From Chiloscyllium plagiosum (Eukaryota), in contig NC_057719.1 of the NCBI RefSeq assembly GCF_004010195.1, positions 93,325,946 to 93,389,945 on the forward strand: a stretch of DNA of 64,000 bases. Direction: 5' to 3'. Shown here piece by piece: positions 25,396 to 37,924 of this stretch. Numbering within the stretch: the stretch's first letter is position 1; each line of letters opens with the position of its first letter. Below the pieces are notes generated by a model. That model worked only from the letters and a program-made list of their open reading frames with translations. It was not told where the DNA came from and ran no database searches. Made by a program: the position numbers and the translations under genes.

Positions 25396-25704
25396 TCAAC
25401 TACAACCACAGGGACGCCAAGACAGCAGACTTCCTAGCAGCACTAGAATGCACACTCAGGAACAATGGACTGACAGAAGAGACACAACAAACAGTGATAC
25501 AAACTGTCGTACCTATGATAATAATGAAAAGACAAACACATAACCTCAACACCAAGGAGAGGGAAGCACTGAAATCACTAAGAAACGATAAGAACATAAT
25601 CATACTACCAGCAGATAAAGGCAGAATGACGGTCATCCTAGATAAATCTGATTACATCCAAAAAGCACAACAACTACTTGCAGATACCAACACCTACCAA
25701 ATGA
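25396..25704 (+). mobile_element. Penelope-like element, segment upstream of the RT core, inverted relative to the rest of the element
   Basis: HNLNTKEREALKSLRNDKNIIILPADKGRMTVILDKSDY (PLE DKG motif), ORF 25368-25748. Confidence 0.92.
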
Positions 25705-25749
25705 TCGGAAAGAGTTCTCTCTCTATCCCGTGGTGTTTAACTTACTAAC

Positions 25750-26570
25750 TGGTCTGTTGTGTGAAACGTTGTTGAATGTCTTTCTGAAATCCACGTTAGT
25801 GATTTCCATGCACAAAGCCATGCTGATAGTCCCTTATCATTTCTTGCTTTTGCAATTATATGTAAATCCTATCCCTTAAAATTTGCCTGCTATTGACTTC
25901 AGGCTCACTGGTTGATAGTTCCCTGGCTTATTCTTATCATCTTTCTCAAATAACGGTGCCCGTCTTCCAGCGCCTCAGCTGTGACTATTGATGATACAAG
26001 TATCTCAGCAAGAGGTCTAGCAATCACTTCCCTAGCTTCCCACAAAGTTCTGGGATAAACCTGATCAGGTCCCAGGTATTTATCCATCTTGATGGTTTAT
26101 AAACCATCCAGTACCTCTTCCGCTGTAGTATGGACACTTGCAAAGTTATCACTATTTATTTTTCCAAATACACTAGCTTCCAATATCCTCTTTCTGTAAA
26201 AGCTGACATGACATTCTCGGATAGTATCTCTCCCACATCCCGTGGTTCCACAGACAGCCTTGTTGATCTTTGAGGATCTATATTCTCGACCTGATTACTC
26301 TTTTGTCCTTAGTTTATTTTTGAATATCTTTAGATTCTCCATAAATCCATTTCTCAAAGCTATCGCAAGACTTATTTTTGCCCTTCTGGTTTCCCTCAAG
26401 TATATGCCTCCTCTCCCTATACTCCTCTATTGATTCACTCAAACCAAGCTGTCTGTACTGCCATATCCCTCCATCATTTTCTTGACCAGGCCCTCAATTT
26501 GTCTCTACAAGCAGCATTCCCTCCGCTTCCCAGCCTTTCCCTTAAGAGGAACATAGTGCTTGTGTACTCT
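25750..26570 (-). mobile_element. CR1 LINE ORF2 fragment
   Basis: MDKYLGPDQVYPRTLWEAREVIA (ORF 25905-26087). Confidence 0.85.
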
Positions 26571-26589
26571 CATTGTCTCATTTTTAGAC

Positions 26590-28135
26590 GCGTATGGGGC
26601 AATGACAGATGTGGACATCGGAACAATCATTATCAGGAAAGAGGTAGTGTTGGGAAAGATAACAGCCTATCTGTTGGGTCTCCTGTTGCGATGGAATGCA
26701 TCCCAGGGGACTATAAAAGATGGCGGGGTAAGTAGCAAATGTGTCTGTGATAATTCGCTAAAACTTGCTGGATTCCAGGACGTTGCTGACAGATTGGAAA
26801 ACTACAAATGTGATGCTACTATTTTAAGAAAGGAACTATTAGCGTACCGTCTGTAGTGCATACATGATTGAATCTGTCAAGGAAGTAGTAACGAGCTGAG
26901 TAGGAAATGTCCTTTCAAGCAGACATATTATGGATTCATGAAAGGCAGGTCATGTACAATTAGTTTACTCAAATTATTTGAGGACATGACGAGCGCGTTG
27001 GACAATGGGGACCCAGTGGGTATGGCGTGCCTGGATTTCCCACACAAAAGGCTACTGTATAAGGTAAGGATGCACGGTATTATAGGAAATATACTACCAT
27101 CGACAGAGGATTGGTTAAGGAACAAAAAGAAGAGAGTGGGAATAAATAGGTGTTTGGATTAGTGTTCGGTCTACAATTAGTTTATACTTTACACAGATGT
27201 TTTCGAGTAGGCAACGAAGTGCAGTGTATCAGATTTCGCAGACCACGCTAAGGTGAGTGAAAGAGCAAAGTGTGCAATGGCCAGTGTCCGTCTGCAGAGG
27301 GATACAGATAGGTTATGTGAGTGGGTAAGAATCTGGCAGATGCAGGACAACGATGGAAAATGTGAAGCCATCCATGTTGACAGAAAAATAGCAAACCCAA
27401 CTATTATTTAAACAGTGAAATATTGCAACATGCTGCTGCTGGTTGTCCATGTGCAAGAATCACAGGAATTTGGTTTGCAGGTGCAGCAAATATTTAAGGC
27501 AGCGAAGGGAATATTGCTCTTCATTGCTAGAGGGATAGAGTTTAAAAACTGGAAGGTTATGCTACAGCTCTACAGGATGCTGGTGAGGCCACGCCTGGAG
27601 CACTGTGTACAGGTTTGGTCTCCTTACTTCATCAAGGATATACTGGCACTGGAGGGGGTGTATAGGAGGTTCACTAGTTTGAGTCTGCAGTTGGGAGGGT
27701 TGGCGTATGTTGAACGATTGAGTATCCTGGGACTATACTCATTGGAATTTAGAAGAATGGGAGGTTTTATAGGAAAAACTAAAATTATGAAGGGAGTAGA
27801 TAAGATAGAAGCAGGGAGGTTATTTCCAGGTGAAACTAAACAGCATAGCGTGGAAATAAGGGGAAACAGATTTAGGACTGAATTCAGAAGGAACTTCTTC
27901 AGCTAAAGGGTTTTGAATCTATGGAATTCCCGACTGAATGCAGCAGTTGAGACTATTAACTTGAATGTCTTAAAGGTACAATGTAGATTTGTGAACAGGA
28001 AAGGAATTAAGGGTAATTGTGAGAGAGCAGGAAAGTGGAGCTGAGGCCATGAAATGATCAGCCCTGATCCTATTGACTGGCAGAGCAGGCTTTAGGGGCC
28101 AAATGGCCTACTCCTATTCCTATTCCTAATACTCT
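26590..28135 (+). mobile_element. CR1 LINE RT and 3' end (different subfamily)
   Basis: KGRSCTISLL..LDF; LYRMLVRPRLEHCVQVWSP..LGLYSLEFRR (ORF 27415-27906); ggccaaatggcctactcctattcct tail. Confidence 0.9.
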
Positions 28136-28439
28136 TACGTTCCCACTTTATAGCCGTTCCTTTACCTGGGAATAACCTCCCACAAACAAATTTTGAAAGT
28201 TCTTGCCTTGTGCCGTCACAATTGGTCTTCGTCCAATTTGGAGCCATAACTATTAGCTCTGTTCTATACATTTCTCGAACTATATTAAACCTAGTAGAAT
28301 TATCAGAGAATACCAACAGTGTACAAGCAGGCCATTCGGCCCATCACATTCGCAATGACTTCTCCTGTAATGCTGCAATTCCCATGGTTAATCCACCTAA
28401 CCGGCACATCCCAGAACACTATGGGCAATTAATTGTAGA

Positions 28440-29140
28440 TTGTACATGAATGGAATGGATCTAAGCATCCACAAAGGGAAAAAGAGATAGTGTGGTGAAC
28501 TCCAGATCAATTAATTTGACATCTGTAGGGAAACCGTTGGAATCTTTACATAGGATGTGATATTGTATATTTAGAAATTGACACAGCATTTGCGAGAATC
28601 AGTATGAATTTCTGAAAGGGAAATCATACTTGATAAACTTCAGAATTTTTTGAAGGTTATTTTGAGGAATATATGTAAGTAGAAAATTAAAGTTCAGTTC
28701 GCCTTCATTAGAGGAGATCAGAATATAGATGGAAGGACATCTTGAAGCAGATGCACAATGTGTTGGTGAGACTGTAACTGGAATATTGCAAACAGTTTTG
28801 GTGAAACTGTACCTGGAAAATTGTGTACAGCTTTGATGACCCAATATGAGAAAGAATACACTGACCACAGAGGAAGTGAAATGGACATTGTCCAGATTGA
28901 TCCATCAGATGGTGAGATTGTCTGATGAGGAAACGCGGCCTGTGTTCTCAAGAGCTTTAAAGAATGAGAGGTGGGCTATGGTGAAAAATAGAAAATTCAC
29001 TAAACATATAACGAGGTGGAAATAAACAGGATGTTTCTCTGGTTGTTTACCCTACATTTAAGGAAAGTAATGGCAGGATATGGGACAGGACATTTAAGAC
29101 CTCAATAAGGAGGAAGTTCTTCACTTGTAGGAGACTGACT
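28440..29140 (+). mobile_element. Old CR1 RT fragments
   Basis: QYEFLKGKSYLIN and LENCVQL remnants, strongly decayed. Confidence 0.6.
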
Positions 29141-29243
29141 ATCACAGGGGCATGGAAAACTGCTGAATGGGCAATGATAGGGATAATCCCCAAACATTCT
29201 ACAAGTGTGGAAAGCAGGACATAATAACTAGTGAACAGCTAAG

Positions 29244-29494
29244 TTCTCCTATAATATGGTAGCTGTGACCCTGTGGCACACGGTATTGTTGAAAATTACA
29301 TAATATCAATAATATGGCCTGTAGGAAACAATGTTAGAGGCAAACCACCAGCAGTATAAGTAAAAATCAAAACACAACTATTAGTTAGCCAAACACAAAT
29401 GATAGCACAGTCTAAGTAAATCTTTAGATTATATATATTACATTGAAATAGTGCAGTAAATGTAACACTTTCACACGACAGTCACTGGCTACAG
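29244..29494. repeat. Unclassified ~250-bp AT-rich block, copy 1
   Basis: Co-linear with 32264-32515 (shared gttagccaaacacaaatgatagcacag and tgaaatagtgcagtaaatgtaacac). Confidence 0.9.
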
Positions 29495-30559
29495 TACTGT
29501 ACTTTTCACCAAGCTCTTCACGAGAAAGCGCGCGAGCTCACTGACCACGTGATGCGGGCATGGAATTCCACCTCTCCCCAATATTCTCCACTCGGTTTGA
29601 AAAAAAGTTACTTCTCAATCGAGATTATAATTCTCGGTTTTAGGCTCAGTTTCAAGATTTGCAGAGCGGGTTGCATTCCGGCTTTAGCTGAACGCACTGA
29701 GGATGCATGTTGCAGATAAAAGATTCTAAAGCTTGGATTTACTTTCAGCTGGTGCCAGCGATGGAATTGTGTCATAGTGAAAGGAGGATGGTAAAGAAAG
29801 ATCCGCAATGCACTAATCACTTTACAGCCACATCACGTTTAACAAACACGTGTTATAGGAGAACCTTAGTGGAGAAGCAAAGTGAAAGAACTCAAGTGAA
29901 TAATGCAGTTTATATTTCCCAATGGTTTACTCTATTAAGAGATATGTACATTGTGTGGGAAATGTGCATTGAGGAGATATTCGGCCATGAACTGGAATGG
30001 GGAAGGATCACTGTCTTGCATGTCTTACTCCTTTCCAGATGTTACCGTGCAGTTTGTGTGAAAGCTCTGTAAGTGTTGTCACAAACTGCCAGATTTTAGG
30101 AAGGAGATCTCTGCAGTGTCAACAGGACGTGTTACCCAGTCCCTTTTCCGATACTGAGGCTGGTGCTGAGTGTTCTTCCTGGGTTGTTTCTTTAAGATCT
30201 TGGAGCAGTGTGAAATATTAGCGTGTCTTGCTTGGCTGGTTTAGAGACCATTGACGTGTTTCTCACATGTCTGTATGCCTGGAGTCACTTTCAGGCTAGA
30301 CGAGGAAAACACAGCAGATTCACTTCCTGAAAGTACTGTGGGAAGCAAATTGATGTTTACAATCGACATTGGCTTCAAGGTCACTGTTACTGACACCAGA
30401 GTTTAGATCTCGATATTTTATTAATTGTTTTTAACTTCCGCCCGTTGGTTTGGATTGGTAATCCAGTGATATACCCACAGCAACATCATCGGAAACCACA
30501 CTGAACAGGTTATTTCTGCAAAAAGAACTGCCACCAATTTGACAGTTCCTATGTGACTG

Positions 30560-31240
30560 AGGGGTTGGTAATTGGTCAGATTGTAATTACTCTACTCTTA
30601 GAGGACTGGATATGGTTGAGTAATTTTCCATATTGTCAGAGAGATATTAGAGTTGGAGCTGGAATGAAACAGGGACACGGCTTGTTGTGCAGCACAAGTC
30701 TTCAGTCCTATTTCAGGAATGGTGTCAGGGCCCATTGCCTTTATCATAACTTTCAACCTGTTCTTCATATCATGTGCAGCGAATCGAATTGGTTGAAGAT
30801 GAGCATCTGTGATTCTGCGGGCATCATGCGGAGAGTGATTTGGATCATCAACTCAACACTTCTGCCTGAGGATGGTGCAGATCCTTGTCTTTTACAGTGA
30901 CGTGCAGGGCTGTTCTCCACTCCTCCAGTGATTTGTTTAATCGTCAACACCATTTATGCCAGAATGTGGCAGGATTGTAGATCTTTGATCTGATAGATTG
31001 TCAGGTGCAGTAGATTTATTCGGTTGTCATCTGGTTTAGGCTCGCAAGTTTCTGACCCTGGCATGTTGACCCACACTCGTCACTGAACCATACATCGGCT
31101 TGATGGTAGTCGTAGACTGAGGGATTATCGCAGGCAAAAAGATACACGTTGTGGCTGAATGCAGTTCTGCTTCTAATACTTCTGTGATCTGCAGCACTAC
31201 ATGAATGAGCAGTTTCAATCTGCAATACAATTTCGTCTGT
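30560..31240 (-). mobile_element. Old non-LTR retrotransposon fragment
   Basis: Reverse of KAMGPDTIPEIGLKTCAAQ at about 30683-30742 (KA.GPD.IP motif upstream of LINE RT). Confidence 0.6.
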
Positions 31241-31659
31241 CCCCTAGTTCACATCGAGACCCATTCAACCTTAAGCCCTGCACTCGGTGACCTATTCTGG
31301 TGTCTGATGTGATAACACTTCCATTTTCACATTCTTATTCTGCTGAGGGCCTCCCCCTGGTGTTACGCCTCCAATCTGACACATTCCTCAAAACCCTATA
31401 ACTGATATAATGCAATTGTTTAATTCACCTGAATGTTTTGCCTTGAGTAGTAACATCTTCTGTGTTTGATGTGAATGTGTTTCCTTCTGTTTCGTTCCCT
31501 GGCCATGATTCATAGCTCTGTAGTGTCAGTGATGCCAGCCTTCTGTAGTTTTAGAGCCGATGAATTTGTGTACCTTACATTATTGCTCACTCCCTGTTGT
31601 ATGGCACTTCGTGTTGGAGAGAGTGTTTGAGCAGCTTTTGCACACACCTTTGAAACTTA

Positions 31660-32240
31660 TTTAAAAACATAAATTGCAGGAGAAACTAAGCAGTTCTGGC
31701 AGCATCTGTGGAGGGAAAGCAGAGTTAATCTTTCGGTTCCAGTGATTGTTCTTCAAAGCTTCTAGTTTGTTTTTGTTTTTGCTTCATATTTCTAGTATCC
31801 ACAGTTCTTTGTTTTATTGAACATTTGTCCTGCTCATTTCTGGATAAACTCAACAGGTCTGATATCATCATCGGAGACAGAGAAGCAGAGTTAATGTTTA
31901 AAGTCCACTGTGACTCTTCTTCAGAACGGGAAGAGATTGGAAAAGGAGCTTTTAAATTCCTTCACAGCAGTGGAGGACAGAAAACAGGGGGTGAGGAAGT
32001 GCAGCACAAAAGACAAGGGGATTTTAATTGTGGGTGAAAGAGAAACAGATGTAAAATAGGTGTAACTTGGGATTTGAATGGGGTCAATTGATTCACTCAA
32101 TTCAGTGCAATACAAATAAGACACGAAGGGAGCACAAGAGGGAGAATGTACGAAGAATGGAGGACAACCTTAATGGGGACAAGTTGTGAAGTTATGGAAT
32201 TGAATATTAACTTCTACAGGCAGTAACGCACCAAATTGTA
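31660..32240 (-). mobile_element. Decayed PLE 3'-end fragments, including a small fold-back at about 31660-31820
   Basis: ggagaaactaagcagttctggcagcatctgtggag..gcagagttaat, repeated in degenerate form at about 31840-31925; similar in layout to the other PLE 3' ends. Confidence 0.55.
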
Positions 32241-32263
32241 AAGTGAGCCATCCTGACAGATAC

Positions 32264-32515
32264 TTCTCCAATAATGTGGCAGCTGTGATCCCGTGAAACA
32301 CTGTGTTATTAAAATTGTACAATATCATTAATGTGGCCTTTAGCAAAATAAGTGTCAGAGAAAAACCATCAACAGTACAAGTAAAAATCAAAACAAAAAT
32401 ATTTGTTAGCCAAACACAAATGATAGCACAGGCTAAGTAAATCTTTAAATCATATATATTGTAATGAAATAGTGCAGTAAATGTAACACCTCAACATTAC
32501 AATTACTGACTACAG
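32264..32515. repeat. Unclassified ~250-bp AT-rich block, copy 2
   Basis: Co-linear with 29244-29494. Confidence 0.9.
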
Positions 32516-32759
32516 ATCTGTGGTGTTTCATAAGCTTGGGATGTGCTTTATTCTAACATTGCAGCAGCCCAGGGCCGAAATGCTAGCATGAGAGCAAGGC
32601 AGACTATTGAAATGGGTAGCAATGAGTAGGTCAAGACTATTCCTACAGAGACAGTGGCAGCGTTCCTCAATGTAATTTCTCTTTCATCTCGCCAATGTAA
32701 AGGGGACTGTATTATGAGCTGCAATGACAGTAGACTGAATTGAAAGAGTACAAGTAAAA

Positions 32760-33230
32760 TGCTGCTTCACCTAAAACCGAACGCATTTCGAAATAAGGAA
32801 GTTTTTCTCCAGTTTCCAGATTAATGGTGAGACCACTTTCACTTTAAAAATGTGTCTCCTTGTTCTTGAGCCAACGAATAAGGGGAACAGCTGCTCGCTG
32901 TTCACCCTGTGCATACAATTCATGCTGCTAAACACCTCCATCAGCAGCACCTCACAACCTCTTTTGCTTAAAAGTGAAATCAAGTAAATCTAGTCTCTCT
33001 TCAGTTTGAGTTCTCTCTTGTCTTGTTACTTCTGAAATTTATGACATTTATCAGTATTAAATTTAATCGGTGATTTATCTGTCCACCTTAACAATCGGTT
33101 TATACCCTCCTGTAGCCTCACACGTTCCTCCTCACTGTGATCCACCCAGCTCATCTTTTTGTCATCCACAAACTTTTTTAACATTTCCTCCCAAACTCCC
33201 TCCCTCCCATTCTCATATTCATCATTCATG
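32760..33230 (-). mobile_element. Internally deleted CR1 fragment
   Basis: KFVDDKK..LQEGINRLLRW..FNTDKC and QLFPL..RTRRH..K minus-strand ORFs. Confidence 0.8.
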
Positions 33231-34610
33231 AAGTTCACTAATAAGCCTTCATTTTCTTCCTGTTCTTCAGATGTTATTCACAGGGAAAGAATTGAGAATC
33301 CAAGTCCCTTGTTTTTCCTATTTCGATGAATTCACAACGTGACGCAGTTGACGTCTTTTTATGAAGGAGCCACAGATTCTATTTTGGACTTGGAGCTGAA
33401 TTCCCCGGTTATACTATGCGCCTCTGAAAGTTTTATTCATTAGGATTAGATATAATTAGTATTGGATTCGGTTTAGAATTTCACTGCAATATTTGTGTTT
33501 TACGTGGATTTGAACAATTGTTTTTGTAACATTCCCTGCAATAGTGCGAACTGAAGGAACTTTCATAAACAGATTCATAATTTTGTTTGAAAGAGCTGGA
33601 TTGATGAGGACAAAGACTAACGACAGGGAATCAATTCATATTGGTATGTCTGCATTGAACTGTAAACAAATTATTTAAAAATACGCCCGCTTTTCTTCAT
33701 ATTGTAAAAACAGTTGCAAAAAATGTTCTTCGAGTAGCATGGATCTTACAGCTGCTCTTGGGAATGGAGGCAGTCAAATATTTATTATAGCCTTTTTTGC
33801 AGTTATATATTTTGTAAAAGAGCATTTTAAGGGTGGTTTACAAAAATAAAGTCTATTATGCTTTAAAAGATTTCTTGACGCTGCAATTATTTTTTTTCGA
33901 AAATTTAAACATTGTTTTTAAAAATAAGGGGTTGTGCCTTCATTCCGGAGAGTCCTACACGCGTTCAGTTCTGGAAAAGATACTTTTCTGCCCAGAATTT
34001 GTTGAAGAGAAGTATTTTTTTATTGATTTCAATATCTAAATGGTTCATTTTATTTAATTTTTATATGTTTGATATGCATATGTAAATATTTCTCTATTTT
34101 CACATTAATGTCAGTAGGTAATGAAAGGTAACATTAATATGTTTATTCACAATGCCAAATTCAACTGGGGATGGAACAAAAGGTTAAAGGAGAAAAATCA
34201 ATGGCTGAAGAGCTGATTTGTTGTTGAGATATGTTTTGGGGGGAAATTGGATGTGTTTTTTGGAATAAAAATTTCCTGTACAAAAAGAATTGATCTCATG
34301 TAAAGAGGAAATCAACAATATCTTAGCAAGGAGGTTTGCGCACCCCCTGGAGGGAGACTTTATATTGATAGAGAAGGCAACAGGGAGATTCTAAGTAATA
34401 GTGTTAATGGGATGACGGACAGAGGAGATTGAGTGTGAGGAGATCACGTCAGTTAGAAAAGCAAGACGAGATACAGTAATTATGAAGAACTAAATAGCAT
34501 TGATTTCAACGTAAGGGGTCTTACAGGGAAGGCTGATGAACTCACTGCATATTTAAGAATATGGGATTGGGACATCATATTTCTTACAGAATGTTGTTTG
34601 AGAGATGTTC

Positions 34611-34833
34611 GTATTGAGAGCGTAGTGCACAAAAGCACAGCAGGTCAGGCAGCACCTGAGGAGCAGGAAAGTCGATGTTTCAAGTAAACAACCCTTATCA
34701 GAAATGTTCTGATGAAGGGCTTTTGCCCGAAAAAATGATTTTTCTGATCTTCAGATGCTGCCTGACCTGCTGTGCTTATTCCAGCACCACACTCTGGACT
34801 CTAATCTCTAGCATCTGCAGCACTAGCTTTTGC
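34611..34833. mobile_element. ~220-bp fold-back PLE-derived insertion with 13-bp TSD
   Basis: TTGAGAGATGTTC at 34598-34610 and 34834-34846; arms aagcacagcaggtcaggcagca and tgctgcctgacctgctgtgctt. Confidence 0.88.
34705..34736 (+). ncRNA. Hammerhead core (stem II intact, cleavage-site region decayed)
   Basis: CUGAUGA-a-GGGC-uuuu-GCCC-GAAA at 34709-34732; the downstream CGUC is lost. Confidence 0.55.
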
Positions 34834-35989
34834 TTGAGAGATGTTCAAGACTGGGAATTCAACGTTCCAGTTGGTAGATTACATCAAAAGCATAGAAAAG
34901 TAGACATGCCATGGGCGGGGATGGGGAATCTTGCCATTTTTTATTACATTATTGCTGGAACAGGGCAAGGTATTTCTGAAAACTGATGCCATCCATTTAA
35001 AATATATGTGTAGTATTAAAAATGAGAAAGTAAAGATCACTTTGAAGAGATTGTACTATATGCTCATTTGTGACAAATCGTCCAGTGAGAATATATTGGT
35101 AGAAATTAAAAAATAAGAAATGAAGGAGCACGTTGATGATATTGCAACATCTGATCTCCAACAGTAAGAAAGAAATTGAGAAACGAACATGTAGGGTGAT
35201 CTCAGATATTTGTAAGCTTAATAAGTTTGTAATAATGGGGGATTTTAATTTTCAAAAAATTGTTTGGGACTACCACAGTGTTAAAGGTCTGGATAGTGAA
35301 GAGTTTGCCCAATGTGTTCAAGAACATTTTCTTAATCGATATGTGGATGATCCTAATAGAGAAGGAGTAAAACCAGATCTTCCTTTGTGCTTTGTTTCGG
35401 GCAAGTGACTGAAGTACACGTGGAGGAATACTTTCGGTCTTGCAAACACAACTCTATTCGTTTCAAAATGGCTCTGGTAAAGAATACTCCTTCCATTAAT
35501 ATTATTTTTTTTAAAATTTGAGTACCATAAATTGTAAGGGCATGGGACAAGGACTAACCAATTTTGATGGGAGTAGATGGTTGGCAGGTAAAACGATGTC
35601 TGACATGTGGGAAGCATTGAATAGTGTGACAACGAGAGTTGAGCGGCATTATCTTCCTTTTAAAGTTAAGGGTAATGCTGATAAAATTAAGGAATAGTGG
35701 ATGAATAAAGTTATTGACGTTGTAGTCAAGTTTAAAAGAGAGTCTTACTTTATATCTAGATAACTTTATTCAATGGAATCGCTTGATCAAGACAAAGATT
35801 GCTGGACATTATTTCGAGATAAATCAGGAAAACAAAAAGGAGATATGAGTTAGCATGGGCAGATAGGGTTAAGGATAAACCAAAGATATTGTGCGACTAT
35901 ATTAGCAATAAGAGGGTAACCATGGAGAGGGCAAGGCCTCTTAAAGATCATGAAGAATATCAATGTGTTGAACCCAGAAGATGGGGAAT

Positions 35990-36325
35990 AAAGTCATCCC
36001 ATTCCTGGTGCACTAGACAGCAGCAAACGCACACTATTGTTTGCACCTTTTATTTATCCAGACTGAACTCTATCTGCTATTTGTCAGCCTATTGACTAAT
36101 TTGATCACGATCCTTTTGTAATCTTAGAAACCCTTCTCCATCGTCCATTGTGCCACCACTTTTGGTGCCATCCGCAAATTTACGTAACATGCTTTCTATA
36201 TTCTCATCCAAATCATTATATAAATGACAAACAATGAAATCCAAGAACCAAAGTCTGTGGAACACTGCTGGTCACATGCCTCCAGTCCAAAAAGCAACCA
36301 CCCACCATTACTCTCTGTCTCTTGC
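35990..36325 (-). mobile_element. CR1 RT fragment
   Basis: Reverse reads SVPQTLVLG..VIYIMI..KFADGTKSGG. Confidence 0.8.
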
Positions 36326-36334
36326 CATTGCAAC

Positions 36335-36560
36335 AATTGAAATTGCTGGAGAGAAACCCAACAGTTGTGGCAGTATTGGAGCAGAGAAAAACAGAATTAA
36401 TTTCTCGAGTCCAATATGAATGGATCAGAATAGTTTCATATCAGGCTCGATATGTTAACTCTGTTTCTCTGCCCAGATTCTGCATTATCTATTGCATTTG
36501 TCTACCATCTTGTGTTTGTGTTTCAAATTTCAACTATCGCAAATATTTTGGTTTATTTTA
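36335..36560. mobile_element. Old fold-back PLE-derived element
   Basis: gcagagaaaaacagaattaatttctcgagtccaatatgaa versus ttcatatcaggctcgatatgttaactctgtttctctgc form an imperfect inverted repeat. Confidence 0.6.
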
Positions 36561-37295
36561 TTGGTCTAGGTGCTGAAACCGGTTATATTTGGACATTGCC
36601 CTCCATTCCTGTTCTCCTTACTTGTGCCAGAGACACATGTATGAGTCTGGAGTCTGTTTCTTCTTTAAGTTCTGAAAATAAATGTGTGAATCTCAACACA
36701 TTGATTTTGATTTAAAAAGCATTTTAGAGACAGCTACACTTAATGAAAAATAGGAATAGCTTCTTAATTATGACATCGTCTGTGCGTTTTATGATGAAGC
36801 TTGTCTCCTCAGTCTCTGAAAGTTTTCAATACGTTTCTCAGAATAATTAGAGCAAAGATGGTTGTCACGCAGCCCATCATCTCTTTACCAGCTCAGAATG
36901 AACTATATCCTCACTCTATGCTGTAACTCCATTTAACGGCAGACATTTTATTATCTGTGTCTGAAATCTTAACAACCTGTATAATCTGTGATTAAACAGC
37001 CTGTATATAAGATACCATTCCGTACATCACATTTAAAATTGTCCTGTTCGATTCACAATGTCGTGCAGCGTTCCATGTACAAACGGACATCTGTTCTCAT
37101 GCTCTGCATTGCATTTCATTCCATTTGCCAGAAAGAGTGATGGTTGAATACTTGTGACCTGAAAATGTTACTGTAATCCCCTTCGGTCTCCTTAGTCATT
37201 GCCCCCAGACCTTTCTGTCTCATAGCCAATATCCTATTCATTCCATCCCATACTCGTTAATGTTTTGACTTTTAATGAACCACGTTATTGTATAT

Positions 37296-37924
37296 TGTTA
37301 TGGATTAATCCCTACCCCTAAAAACATTTTTAATCACGTTGTCCACAACATAACATTGCTAATTGTTGAATATAAGTGTATAGAGCATATTCCCGAAGTG
37401 AATTAGCTAGTCAGACTGCAGAGTTTTAAACAAACGTAACTTGTTTTAAAAATTCAGAAATTAAATCCAACAAACCGAACATAGCATACCCGAATAACTC
37501 TTCCTATCCGAATCTGACAGGCTATCACAACTTAATGACGCTGTTCCAGAATCCCAATTGCAAAAATCCCAATTGACAAACCCCTTAGGACGTAAAGTAA
37601 AATTATACAAAATGGTTACAGGTTACGAAGTCCGAGGGCAGAAGGAGGGGGAGAGCATCCCGTTTCAACAAAATACCCTTACTCAACTAACCCTCGAAAT
37701 GAACTGACGTGCGCAGCTGGAGAGCTGGCCACGTGCCCTTGATTGTACCAGTATGTTTAGAGATTTGAAAGCCTTCTAACCGATGCATTATCAATTAAGT
37801 AAAAACCAAAGGTCCCCAGTGAACCATTGAAAATTGAGACATATTGGAACCTTGGGTCGGTTAGAAACTCTCTGAAAAATAAACAAGGACAACATAACCA
37901 TGTTAAGAGACCACCTTTGTGACA
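37296..37924 (-). repeat. 3' LTR of the Gypsy element, preceded by a polypurine tract
   Basis: TGTTA...TGTGACA termini; the C-rich tract at 37926-37958 is a minus-strand PPT abutting the LTR. Confidence 0.85.

Larger units (their letters stand above)
34195..35985 (+). mobile_element. CR1 LINE: ORF1 end and APE region, decayed, with local internal duplication
   Basis: NILARRFA, FNVRGL..KADEL, IMGDFNF and F..CVQEHFL.RYVDDPNREG remnants. Confidence 0.8.

Noticed and set aside
29244..32515. The 250-bp direct repeats as LTRs of one element
   Set aside because: No TG..CA termini, PBS, PPT or gag/pol between them.
34611..34833. Fold-back elements as MITEs or DNA transposons
   Set aside because: The arms match the PLE 3' end, are unequal in length, and the TSD lengths vary (9 versus 13 bp), which fits retrotransposition better.
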